A DNA stretch of 32,000 nt from Candidatus Caldarchaeales archaeon. GTDB taxonomy: Archaea > Thermoproteota > Nitrososphaeria_A > Caldarchaeales > Calditenuaceae. A program made the translations under genes and the position numbers. Positions 16,201-24,229 of this stretch are shown here, in pieces (within the stretch, counting starts at the first letter, position 1; each line of letters begins with the position of its first letter). Below the pieces are notes generated by a model. The model was not told the origin of the DNA and made no database searches. It worked only from the letters and a program-made list of their open reading frames with translations. The DNA is taken from the NCBI GenBank assembly GCA_032249095.1, contig JAVVGN010000014.1:1-32000 (forward strand), written 5' to 3'.

Positions 16201-16263
16201 CTCAATGGCAGAGCAGCCGGCTCATAACCGGTAGGGTGGGGGTTCGAGTCCCTCCGCGCCCAC
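16192..16263 (+). tRNA. tRNA, anticodon CAT (elongator Met type, or Ile2 if lysidine-modified); no encoded CCA
   Basis: Full 72-nt cloverleaf by hand. Acceptor GGGCGCG/CGCGCCC, D arm GCTC-AATGGCA-GAGC, anticodon arm GCCGG-CTCATAA-CCGGT (CAT at 16224-16226), variable loop AGGGT, T arm GGGGG-TTCGAGT-CCCTC, discriminator A. The G1-C72 pair argues against a bacterial initiator. Confidence 0.85.
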
Positions 16264-16290
16264 TTTATGTCGTCGTGGGGTGAGGGGGCT

Positions 16291-16322
16291 CAGAGTTAAT
16301 TTCGGCGCCGAAATTAACTCTG
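16291..16322. repeat. 32-bp perfect palindrome, copy 2 of 2
   Basis: Identical to 3986-4017. It lies 27 nt after the tRNA and 76 nt from the stop of the convergent nrdJ gene. Confidence 0.9.
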
Positions 16323-16398
16323 TCCTAACAAGGTTGCTACGAAGCGTAGGCAAAGTGACGGTAAATCCCTTGATTTTCTTGCTGTCGATTATCTCGGC

Positions 16399-19300
16399 TC
16401 AGTCGCATCTCGTGTAGGAGCACGAGACGCAAGCTGAGCAACCGCCAAGCCTAATCATGATCCCTCCGCACTCTGGGCAGGTCATGCCGTCAATTTGTAT
16501 GGTCTCATCTGATTTTCCTTTTTGTGCGGTTTCAGCGATTAGGTGATTACCGTTTTCTGGTTCACCGCACGCTTTGGCGAGTGCCCTGCCGACGGCATCG
16601 GGGACAGAAAAAACAACAGTCCCGTCGGGCTGACGCTGCCAACTCCCGCTTCGGATAAGTCTCAGTTGTTGGATGAGTTCTTGTGGCGGAACATCATATT
16701 GGAGACCAATACTTAAGGCCCTACCGAGGGCCTCGCCGAGTGCTGCCGTCGTTGACCCGCTTTTTCCGATGTTGATGAAGACCTCACGGACTTTTCCTTC
16801 CGCATCTTTAGAAACAGTGATGTAGACGTTGCCTGCCTCTGTTCGGTATTTGAAGACCTCGGCGTTGAGGGACGCAGGGCGGACGAACCGAACTCGTTTG
16901 GGCTCGGACTTTTCTTTTTCTGTTCTCAGGATATCTTCTCGGCTACCTTCTCGGTAGACGGTGATGCCTTTGCATCCCCGCTTCCACGCCTCAAAGTAAA
17001 TATCCTCTACGGCTTTAGGTGGTATGTCGCGAGGTAGGTTGACGGTGCTGCTAATTGCGTTATCAATCCCTGCGGTTTGGATAGTTGCTTGCATTTCTAC
17101 TCTCATGATTGGGTCGATTTCGTGTGCTGTGACCAGGTGTGGAGGCAATTCTTTCTTTCCTGTAACTTTGAAGTAGTCGTTCACTGTCGGGTGGAAGACC
17201 TCGAATTCCTTCTGGCTGAGGCTTTCGGAGCGCCTGTAGTATTTGACTTGGAAGATGGGTTCGATGCCCGTAGAGACTCCTGCCATCGTGCCGATGGAGC
17301 CTGTTGGGGCGATCGTTAGCAAGGTGACGTTGCGGATGCCGTGCTTTTTGATTCGTTCCCTCAGTTGTTTGGGCAGGCGTTTGACGAATTCTGACTGGCT
17401 GTATCCCTCCCAGTCAAAGGCAGGGAAGGGGCCCTTTTCTATGGCTAAGTTAATGCTCTCGTCGTAGGCGGTATCTCGCATGACGGTGAAGACTTTTTCG
17501 GCGAATTCTACTGCCTCTTCGCTGTCATACTTGATCCCCAAAGCAAAGAACATATCCGCTAATCCCATGATGCCTAATCCCAGCCGCCGCTCTCGGTTTT
17601 GAACCTCCCGCTGGGCTGGCAGCGGATATTTGTTCTTGGCGTCGGCATAGTCTATGACGGCATCAAGGAATCGGACGCCAAGCCTAACTGCCTTTTTGAA
17701 TTCCTCAAAGTCAAAGTGGGCATGTTCTGTGAATGGGTCTTTGACGAACTTGTAGAGGTTGATCGCTGCAAGGTTGCAGGCGCCGTATGCGGGCAGCCCG
17801 ATTTCGGAGCAGGGGTTAGTTCCAAGCAGCGGGTGGAAGTATTCGCTGTTACTGTTTCTTTTCATGGTGGACCAATATATTAGGCCTGGCTCGGCGCTGT
17901 TTGAGATTACCCACCCATTAGCGAGGACAAAGGTATGATTATCGGCGACAGTGATATCATAGACCTTTTCTTCTTGTCTTCCAGCCAAACGGACGTTCAC
18001 GATTTTCTCGTAATGAATATCTGCTGCTAGGTGGCGGCGAATGTGTGGGTCTAACGATAATATAGGGTAGCGAAGAATGGTTGCAGGAGCGACCCGTTCG
18101 CGGATACAGCCCCTCCAAATTCGATAGAAGAGGACGAAATTTGCGATCATGGGAATGCCGACCAGCTTAGATGTGGTTGTTAAGGCATGCTGTTCTAGTC
18201 GTTCTTGCTTGCGTCGGATAAGGAAGCCAACGCGTTGGGCGAAGAGGTTATTGTAGCCCTGATAAATCTTCAACCGATAAGTGTCACGGGTTCGGCAAAC
18301 CTTTCCGTTGATAACCTTCTCTTTGCCTCTTTGAGCCAAGCTGAGACGGCTGTGGATGCCCAACAGCAAAAGCAACCGCTGGACGGATTCCAAAATGGAG
18401 CGAGAAACGGACGAGACAGAAATCGTTCCGCCCTCCTCCACACAGCCGTCGCCGCTAAAGTAACCACGCAAGAAAGCAGCAATAATGGGAATGGGGGCTT
18501 CTGCGAGGAAGGAGGGGACTACTTTTTGCCCATTTTGGTAAATGCCGAGTGCTTGGAGGGTTAGGCGGAGTGTAGTGCAGTCTATGCGCAAACTGACCCA
18601 ATTACCTGCTTGGCGTTCCCATACCCACTTCGCGTTGAACCTGCGAGCAATTTCTTCCAACAGAGGCTGCAATTCTTTTGCTTCTTCTACGTGCAAGGCA
18701 AGTCGCAAGCCGCTTTTCCTAACAGAACCCTCTGCTAACCACAGCCCCAGAAACTCTGCGAAAGTCTCGTCTACAGGGAAACGTAAAGGTAATTGTAAGT
18801 CGTGGTGGTGACTTGGCTTCCAGAAGACGCCATCGGCAGGGATTTCCACGCCTTGGGCTCTCAACCGCACGGCTTCTTTGATAGGTAGATGACCTACCCG
18901 CAGATATTCATCAGCTCGCCACGCCTTTCCGCTGGGGAACTTGCCCAGCAAGTGACGGACGCGCGGCGTTTGAAGTAACTGGATAATTGGCTCACCTGTC
19001 AACCCATGACCGAAAGCAGCCAGAGTCTGCCATTGGTCCCGTAAATCCACCCAGGCGACCTGTTCGTCCTTAGCCTCATCTTTCTCGGTGGTTTTAGCAA
19101 TAGCAACGAAATCGCCTGGACGAAGGGCAGAGACGGGAACACTTTCTATGCTCCCTTCAGGCGTAAGGCGATAAACGATATGGTCTTCGGTGGCGACGAA
19201 AACTTTCCCGCTTTCCGTCTCCGCCTCATAAAGCCTTTTGTCGTTTGCAAACTCGTAAACCTTCGTGATTGGCTTCCGCTCCAGTTGCAGCGTTTCCAAG

Positions 19301-20145
19301 TTCAGCGAAAGAACCTCATAATGCACTTTCGAGTTAGCGTGCCATTCCTTCACTAAGTCACCGATGCGCATCAACTGTCGCTTACCATCTTTCCAGACGA
19401 ATAAAAGTGTGTCGTAAGGCACACAAGCCCAGGCTGACTTTACGATCTCGTCCATTAGTTCTCTTGCGTCGATTTTCTTTTCCACTTTGAATCCTTCGCC
19501 TTCGAACCTGAGCCACCATTTTCGACCGCGCTTAACTGCTTCCATGAACTCGTCGGAGATTTTTACGGAGATATTGGCGTAGCGGACTTTCGTCAAATCT
19601 CGCTTGATTTTGACGAAGTCTAGAACATCGGGGTGCCAGTCCTCAATGGTTATCATTAGAGCGCCCCGTCGGAAATGCTGCCCGATGGTTCCTGTCGTGA
19701 GCGAGAATAATTCCATGAATGAAACTGCGCCTGTCGAGAACCGTGCTGTATTTCTTACTGGCATTCCTGCTCCACGAAGGGGCGATATGTCCGTCCCCAC
19801 TCCGCCTCCCATTGAATATGTTCGTGCCATCTCTTTAGCGCAATCATATATTGCTTCTATGCTGTCTCCCTTTATCGGAATAAAAAAGCAGTTGTAGCAC
19901 GTGCATTTTTGTATTTCGTTTCCTACTGCGTGTAGGATCCGCCCGCCAGGGACAAACCGAAAATCGCTAAGGAGCCACCAATAATCTGGATTGCTTTCTA
20001 GCCCCAGTGCGGCTAACACCCGCCGCCACATATCTTCAGGTGTTTCTTCAACGATGTTGTCCTTTTCGTCACGCAGGGCATATTTCTCCACAAAGATGCG
20101 TGCTCGCAATTCGTCGCCACCGAAGAACTCCAACGCCTTCTTCAT
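16399..20145 (-). CDS. nrdJ: ribonucleotide reductase, class II (NrdJ-like), intein-containing precursor (1248 aa; about 739 aa after splicing)
   Basis: The N-terminus FVEKYALRDEKDNIVEETPEDMWRRV, RILHAVG and the active-site TNPCSEIGLP (thiyl Cys) are RNR hallmarks. C-terminal CPECGG...CSACVSC zinc ribbon. No glycyl-radical motif and no adjacent nrdB. The class II assignment is an inference from architecture. Confidence 0.9.
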   Translation of the reverse strand: MKKALEFFGGDELRARIFVEKYALRDEKDNIVEETPEDMWRRVLAALGLESNPDYWWLLSDFRFVPGGRILHAVGNEIQKCTCYNCFFIPIKGDSIEAIYDCAKEMARTYSMGGGVGTDISPLRGAGMPVRNTARFSTGAVSFMELFSLTTGTIGQHFRRGALMITIEDWHPDVLDFVKIKRDLTKVRYANISVKISDEFMEAVKRGRKWWLRFEGEGFKVEKKIDARELMDEIVKSAWACVPYDTLLFVWKDGKRQLMRIGDLVKEWHANSKVHYEVLSLNLETLQLERKPITKVYEFANDKRLYEAETESGKVFVATEDHIVYRLTPEGSIESVPVSALRPGDFVAIAKTTEKDEAKDEQVAWVDLRDQWQTLAAFGHGLTGEPIIQLLQTPRVRHLLGKFPSGKAWRADEYLRVGHLPIKEAVRLRAQGVEIPADGVFWKPSHHHDLQLPLRFPVDETFAEFLGLWLAEGSVRKSGLRLALHVEEAKELQPLLEEIARRFNAKWVWERQAGNWVSLRIDCTTLRLTLQALGIYQNGQKVVPSFLAEAPIPIIAAFLRGYFSGDGCVEEGGTISVSSVSRSILESVQRLLLLLGIHSRLSLAQRGKEKVINGKVCRTRDTYRLKIYQGYNNLFAQRVGFLIRRKQERLEQHALTTTSKLVGIPMIANFVLFYRIWRGCIRERVAPATILRYPILSLDPHIRRHLAADIHYEKIVNVRLAGRQEEKVYDITVADNHTFVLANGWVISNSAEPGLIYWSTMKRNSNSEYFHPLLGTNPCSEIGLPAYGACNLAAINLYKFVKDPFTEHAHFDFEEFKKAVRLGVRFLDAVIDYADAKNKYPLPAQREVQNRERRLGLGIMGLADMFFALGIKYDSEEAVEFAEKVFTVMRDTAYDESINLAIEKGPFPAFDWEGYSQSEFVKRLPKQLRERIKKHGIRNVTLLTIAPTGSIGTMAGVSTGIEPIFQVKYYRRSESLSQKEFEVFHPTVNDYFKVTGKKELPPHLVTAHEIDPIMRVEMQATIQTAGIDNAISSTVNLPRDIPPKAVEDIYFEAWKRGCKGITVYREGSREDILRTEKEKSEPKRVRFVRPASLNAEVFKYRTEAGNVYITVSKDAEGKVREVFINIGKSGSTTAALGEALGRALSIGLQYDVPPQELIQQLRLIRSGSWQRQPDGTVVFSVPDAVGRALAKACGEPENGNHLIAETAQKGKSDETIQIDGMTCPECGGIMIRLGGCSACVSCSYTRCD
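17899..19425 (-). mobile_element. intein (509 aa) with LAGLIDADG homing-endonuclease domain, inserted in nrdJ
   Basis: N-terminal splice junction SAWA|CVPYDTLL (Cys1 codon 19425-19423). Block B is VATEDH. LAGLIDADG motifs are FLGLWLAEGSV and FLRGYFSGDGCV. C-terminal junction VYDITVADNHTFVLANGWVISN|SAEPGLIYW (Asn codon 17901-17899, +1 Ser). Joined exteins give the conserved RNR AW.(S/G)EPG context. Confidence 0.9.
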
Positions 20146-20275
20146 TGCCTACCTATCCTCCTTCCGTAGGGTTGAGTTACGGTCTAATTATACCTTAGGA
20201 TTCCTTTTCTGGATCGTTAAGGACTTCTTTGATGTCCTCTGATTCCAAATCGGGGTAGGCGGCAAGTATCTCTAA

Positions 20276-20296
20276 TTCTATATTAGTTCTATATTA
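20276..20296. repeat. tandem direct repeat TTCTATATTA x2 with 11-bp periodicity in the nrdJ upstream region
   Basis: Identical copies at 20276-20285 and 20287-20296, within the AT-rich 223-bp divergent intergenic region (20146-20368). A TATAAT hexamer at 20318-20323 follows. Confidence 0.8.
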
Positions 20297-20368
20297 TAAC
20301 TTGAGCGTTGCTTGCGCTATAATACTTGCTGGCTTGAACAGGCAATGACCTTTGCTGGAGGGATCGCT

Positions 20369-20773
20369 ATGCAAGAGCCAGTAGGAATACTTACAGCACT
20401 GCTGAAGATTATAAGGTGGCTGCGGGAGGAGACGGAGCGCAATAAGTTGTTTTGGGAAATGCGTCAAAGCGGGGTGGCGGAGGTATCGGTGAGGAATTAC
20501 ACATTTCGGCTTATCGCTGCGGAGATGGAAGTCCCCCAAGAAGGAAAGATAGAAGTGCCAGGTGCGGGTAAGGGTCGGGCGTTTGCGGTTCGCCGATTCA
20601 CCCAGATTTTTGTCCTTCAAGGGGATAATCTTCTTATCCATGCAGCCAGTTTCATGCACCCTGTCCTTGAGAGCGAATTGGCGTCTCTTGCCGATGTCGT
20701 CATTTCCCAAATCGCCGCGAGAAACGAAGAGCGGTTACGCCGTCTGCTTACCGACTTGGGATTAACCTCCTAA
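20369..20773 (+). CDS. hypothetical protein (134 aa)
   Basis: ATG 20369 with GGAGGG (20357-20362) 6 nt upstream. Strong G-at-first-codon-position periodicity in this frame. The overlapping minus ORF 20294..20710 has antisense-like composition. Confidence 0.45.
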   Translation: MQEPVGILTALLKIIRWLREETERNKLFWEMRQSGVAEVSVRNYTFRLIAAEMEVPQEGKIEVPGAGKGRAFAVRRFTQIFVLQGDNLLIHAASFMHPVLESELASLADVVISQIAARNEERLRRLLTDLGLTS

Positions 20774-21752
20774 AAAGGTCTACATACTGCTTGGCTCTAA
20801 AATCCCACGAGAACGCCAGTTTTTCCGACGGAGGTGGGAAGACGGGTTCCAATTTTCTGTTTTTGATGATTTCTTCGATTCCTGCGCCAATCTCCTGCAA
20901 TACATCCCCCTGTCTGTAAAGGATAGTATTTCGTTCTCCCAGTAAGGACCATGTGTTGGTGGCGATTACGTACAGGCCGAGCGCCCAGTATTCATAAATC
21001 TTGATGGGGTCGGCAAACACTGCCGCTGTGTTAAAGGGTTTGAACGGCACCAACCCGATGGCGGGGTAGATGATTTTTGCTTTTATATTGAGAAAGTCAA
21101 TACCGATAGGGGAGATTTCAATGCTTAAGTTGTCTGGTCTTTCGGGGAAAAGTTCCTCTGGCGTTAGGGGGGATGCGAGAAAGTAATGAAAGTAGCATTG
21201 CGGGTACCTCTTAGGGATTTCTTGTAAGGCGGCAAAGTCAGTCCATTCTTGGCCAGGAAAATATGCCCCCCAATAGTATATGTGGACCTTTGTATCCGTG
21301 CGGACTGGGGGCGGGGTCATCGCTTCTTTTCGTATCCCATTTCCTATGACATAGACGGGCTTTTTATAGGGAAGGTATTGGCAAGCAAGTTGCGGGTTGA
21401 CCGTAACAATGATGTGGCTCTTTTGGGCTGTATAGTCGTCTGCTTCCCGCAAATCTAAATTTTCTATTAGTTCGTTTCCTCGCCAATAATCGCATATGTC
21501 ATATATGATTGGACCCAAGCAAAACATGTTTTGGTTTTCTAATACACCCCATTTCCCTGGAAAACCGACGACGAGGATATCCACTGGTTCTCCCGTCCAT
21601 CGGAATTCGGGCGGAGTAGCTCCATCTGTTTGGGAGTAGAATAGCACTTTTATGTCTGGGAAATTTCGCTTTATCGCTTCAGCGAGGGCTTGGTATCTTT
21701 GGTTTCCACCCGTTGCCCCCCACGGGGCACCTGATATGAAGAGTACCCGCAA
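20748..21752 (-). CDS. putative GT-B fold glycosyltransferase (334 aa)
   Basis: The N-terminal MRVLFISGAPWGATGGNQRY pattern is typical of GT4/GT1-like enzymes. The C-terminal KIYEYWALGLYVIATN resembles the E..(A/W).G.PV(I/V)AT motif. Motif-level evidence only. Confidence 0.5.
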   Translation of the reverse strand: MRVLFISGAPWGATGGNQRYQALAEAIKRNFPDIKVLFYSQTDGATPPEFRWTGEPVDILVVGFPGKWGVLENQNMFCLGPIIYDICDYWRGNELIENLDLREADDYTAQKSHIIVTVNPQLACQYLPYKKPVYVIGNGIRKEAMTPPPVRTDTKVHIYYWGAYFPGQEWTDFAALQEIPKRYPQCYFHYFLASPLTPEELFPERPDNLSIEISPIGIDFLNIKAKIIYPAIGLVPFKPFNTAAVFADPIKIYEYWALGLYVIATNTWSLLGERNTILYRQGDVLQEIGAGIEEIIKNRKLEPVFPPPSEKLAFSWDFRAKQYVDLFRRLIPSR

Positions 21753-21822
21753 GGCGGGTCACCTCCCCCTCGTAAATTTTAATTTGCAGTTTCCTAAAAT
21801 CGTTGGTGGAGGTGTTTTGCTA

Positions 21823-22605
21823 ATGTCGTGGAAACAAATTTTCCACGAAATGTTAGAGTTGCAGCGTGAGCGCCATCGGGTAGCCGCCCAGTTGAATAAG
21901 GCGCGGCGAAAGGGTGCTTCAAGTCTTTTGGCTCGGGATATGGTTGGTTTGCGGAAGGCTGTAAGGGACATTACCCAATTGGCTGGTAAGGGTGAGGCGG
22001 CTGCTTCGGTTCTTGCGAAGGCGTTATCTAGCATTCCAGTTGCTGACAGGAAGATGGCTGAGTCAGCGGTGGATGTCGTTCTTGAAAAGGAAGGCGTGTT
22101 GGAGAGCATAAAGAAGCGTTTCGCCGCTAAAGAGGCGAATATAAAAAGGAAAATTTCTCAGCTCATTCTGAAGGAAGTTTTTGGCGGCACTTCTACGGCA
22201 GAGGATGTGGCGGCGGCGAAGGAGCGACTTCAAAAGGCCCTGCGGGAAGCGAAAACACTTGATGAAGTCGTTGATGCCTGCCGTTCCTACATCCTTGTTA
22301 AAGCTAATCGTCTTTTGCAGGAGAATGGCGGGAGACTGCCCCATGACCCTGACGTTTTGGGCGCGACCAAAAAAACGGTGAGGGGAATCTGGAAGGACGC
22401 CTACCGAAAGGAATTGCAGAATACGATTCATTCGCTGTTGAAGAAGGAGAAGGGTGGGGAGGTGGCGAAGCGCCTCTTTGAGTTGTGGCTGGAGGAGAAG
22501 GTAGGGTCTCCTCGCGCAAGCAAGGCTGTTGATAAGCTGTTTCCTGTCTTGGCAGCGACGTGTGATTGGGAGCTAGTAACAGGGTTGTTTCGGAAGGGGG
22601 TTTGA
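21823..22605 (+). CDS. helical hypothetical protein (260 aa), possibly a virion assembly/scaffold-like protein
   Basis: ATG 21823 with GGAGG (21808-21812) upstream. The ORF-track start at 21652 would overlap the divergent glycosyltransferase. A/K/E/L-rich helical composition. The functional guess is weak. Confidence 0.6.
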   Translation: MSWKQIFHEMLELQRERHRVAAQLNKARRKGASSLLARDMVGLRKAVRDITQLAGKGEAAASVLAKALSSIPVADRKMAESAVDVVLEKEGVLESIKKRFAAKEANIKRKISQLILKEVFGGTSTAEDVAAAKERLQKALREAKTLDEVVDACRSYILVKANRLLQENGGRLPHDPDVLGATKKTVRGIWKDAYRKELQNTIHSLLKKEKGGEVAKRLFELWLEEKVGSPRASKAVDKLFPVLAATCDWELVTGLFRKGV

Positions 22606-23042
22606 TGGACCTGACCTTTGCCGAGTTAGCAGATCGTTTGATGGCGAAGGATGAGGAAACATTGAAAGAAGCAGCGAGGGCGGCGGTGCAAGTGCTCAAG
22701 CTCTTTGATCATGATTGGTTTAATTGGGAGGTTTTGGGCTGGGCACTTGCCCGCCTTCTCGGCATCTCCGAAGAGGAATTAGAGGAAAATCCGGAATTGG
22801 GGTGGGCAGTGAAGGGGTTGGTCGGTCATGCCTTAAGTCGGTCGGAGAAGAGGCAGTGGCAATTGATTGGTGAGACCTTGTTGGATCTGACGGAAATGCC
22901 ACCAGAGGCAATTTTGGTGCGTTTTGGTCGGAACAAGTTTCTACCGGCTCTTGTTGCCCACTATCGCATCAGTTGGCAATTTCCCGATATTCGGGAGGAA
23001 TATCAAAAGGTATGCAGGAAGTTAATGGGGGTCACGCCCTGA
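22605..23042 (+). CDS. hypothetical protein (145 aa)
   Basis: ATG 22605 overlaps the upstream stop (TGATG), which suggests translational coupling. GGAAGGGGG lies upstream. Confidence 0.6.
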   Translation: MDLTFAELADRLMAKDEETLKEAARAAVQVLKLFDHDWFNWEVLGWALARLLGISEEELEENPELGWAVKGLVGHALSRSEKRQWQLIGETLLDLTEMPPEAILVRFGRNKFLPALVAHYRISWQFPDIREEYQKVCRKLMGVTP

Positions 23043-23043
23043 T

Positions 23044-24177
23044 ATGCCTTGGTTTGTTCTTTCAGGACGGAACGTTGGTTTTCGGATTGGAAAGTGGGCT
23101 CCTGATTTTGAAGCAACTGTCCCAGTTATCAAAGATGTTCTTTATGGTCTTTCTGATGCCACGTCGGTGCCTACAGGAGTTACCATTTTCACCAACCCGT
23201 GCTTCCTTAATGAGGTTGACATAGATATGTCTGCTGGCATTAACCCCATCGTGGCATTGGGTGTGGAAAACATTGCTTCTTTGGAGGAGTTCGTCGTCCG
23301 AGCGCAGAACGTCCGCACGCGGTTTACTGTTCAGTCTCAGCAGGCGGGGGCAACGAGCGGACCAATAGATTTCGTCCATAACTTGATATCGGGCGCTACG
23401 AGGTTGGGCACCTCTGTTGGCGCTAATACTTATCACCTGCCGCCCTATTTCCTAGATTTCTTTGTGGTTGAGCCTCGCGTTGGTGCCTTAGGCACCCCTG
23501 TTAGGGTTTGGCGGCTAAGTGCTCCGTTCGCTTTCATTCGGAACTTACGGTGGACGCAACGCCCAGAGGATGCGGCGCAACTGGAGATCACTTGGTTTGT
23601 CCCCTATATCTTCTTTGGAGATGTCGGTACATCGGTCCCAACTCTCTCTTCCTATGATGCCTCAGCGGGCGTCCTTATCGTCCGCGAAGCTGTCTTTGAT
23701 ATTGAAAGTGAGGAAAGTGACAGAACGGACAACGTCTTAGACCTGGATACGTTCCAATCCCAGCGGATCGTTACCGACTTTTCCATTGAGATTAATAACG
23801 ATTTGCGGGAGGTTTACACTGCGTCTTTACCTTCGGACATGGATGAGCCCAACGAGGCGGTTAGACGAACTCTGCGGGTCTTTAATGCGATCTTCGAGGG
23901 TCGATCCACAATCACTTCTAGCTTTACCGTTATCTACCCAGGCGGTCTGAAGGGGTCGCTTAACTTGGCACTGCCTCAGGTTCTTAAGAAGATATCCTTT
24001 ACCTATTATGAATCTGCTGGTGCTGGAGCGACCGAGCCGCCAGTTCCTGTGTACAGTTTGATTTTGCGGCATGCGAAGGTGTTGGATAGCCGTGTAGCCC
24101 TAGCAACGGAGCAACAGATCGTCCTGACGACGAACGTCCAAGCAATGGATATAGAGGCGGTGCTACGGCCGTCATAA
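23044..24177 (+). CDS. putative virion structural protein, paralog A (377 aa)
   Basis: ATG 23044 is 1 nt after the upstream stop. Beta-rich composition. Shares colinear motifs with the next ORF (MPWFVLSGRNVGF / MGWYAVSGRQVGW; SAGINPIVALG / PAGINPVGVIG; FIRNLRW...LEITWFVP / YISRLRG...LQVDFVAP). Confidence 0.7.
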   Translation: MPWFVLSGRNVGFRIGKWAPDFEATVPVIKDVLYGLSDATSVPTGVTIFTNPCFLNEVDIDMSAGINPIVALGVENIASLEEFVVRAQNVRTRFTVQSQQAGATSGPIDFVHNLISGATRLGTSVGANTYHLPPYFLDFFVVEPRVGALGTPVRVWRLSAPFAFIRNLRWTQRPEDAAQLEITWFVPYIFFGDVGTSVPTLSSYDASAGVLIVREAVFDIESEESDRTDNVLDLDTFQSQRIVTDFSIEINNDLREVYTASLPSDMDEPNEAVRRTLRVFNAIFEGRSTITSSFTVIYPGGLKGSLNLALPQVLKKISFTYYESAGAGATEPPVPVYSLILRHAKVLDSRVALATEQQIVLTTNVQAMDIEAVLRPS

Positions 24178-24229
24178 GAACTGGCGGAAAGCCCTTGATA
24201 ATTAAGGGATGGACAGGTTGTGATGTTGA

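Noticed and set aside
16192-16263. The tRNA as a prophage integration site or boundary
   Set aside because: The tRNA is complete. No integrase or direct repeat of its 3' half was seen in the window. Virus-like genes continue on both sides.
20276-20296. The direct repeats as bona fide NrdR boxes
   Set aside because: The NrdR box consensus as I recall it (16-bp palindrome with core CwAtATaTwG, boxes about three helical turns apart) is not met. The units are direct rather than palindromic, one base short, and 11 bp apart.
20294-20710. 138-aa minus-strand ORF that would keep the GT-to-nrdJ run on one strand
   Set aside because: Its composition (H/C/W/P/R-rich) and missing SD look non-coding. 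The overlapping plus frame has an SD and a codon-position purine bias. This remains only a moderate-confidence choice.
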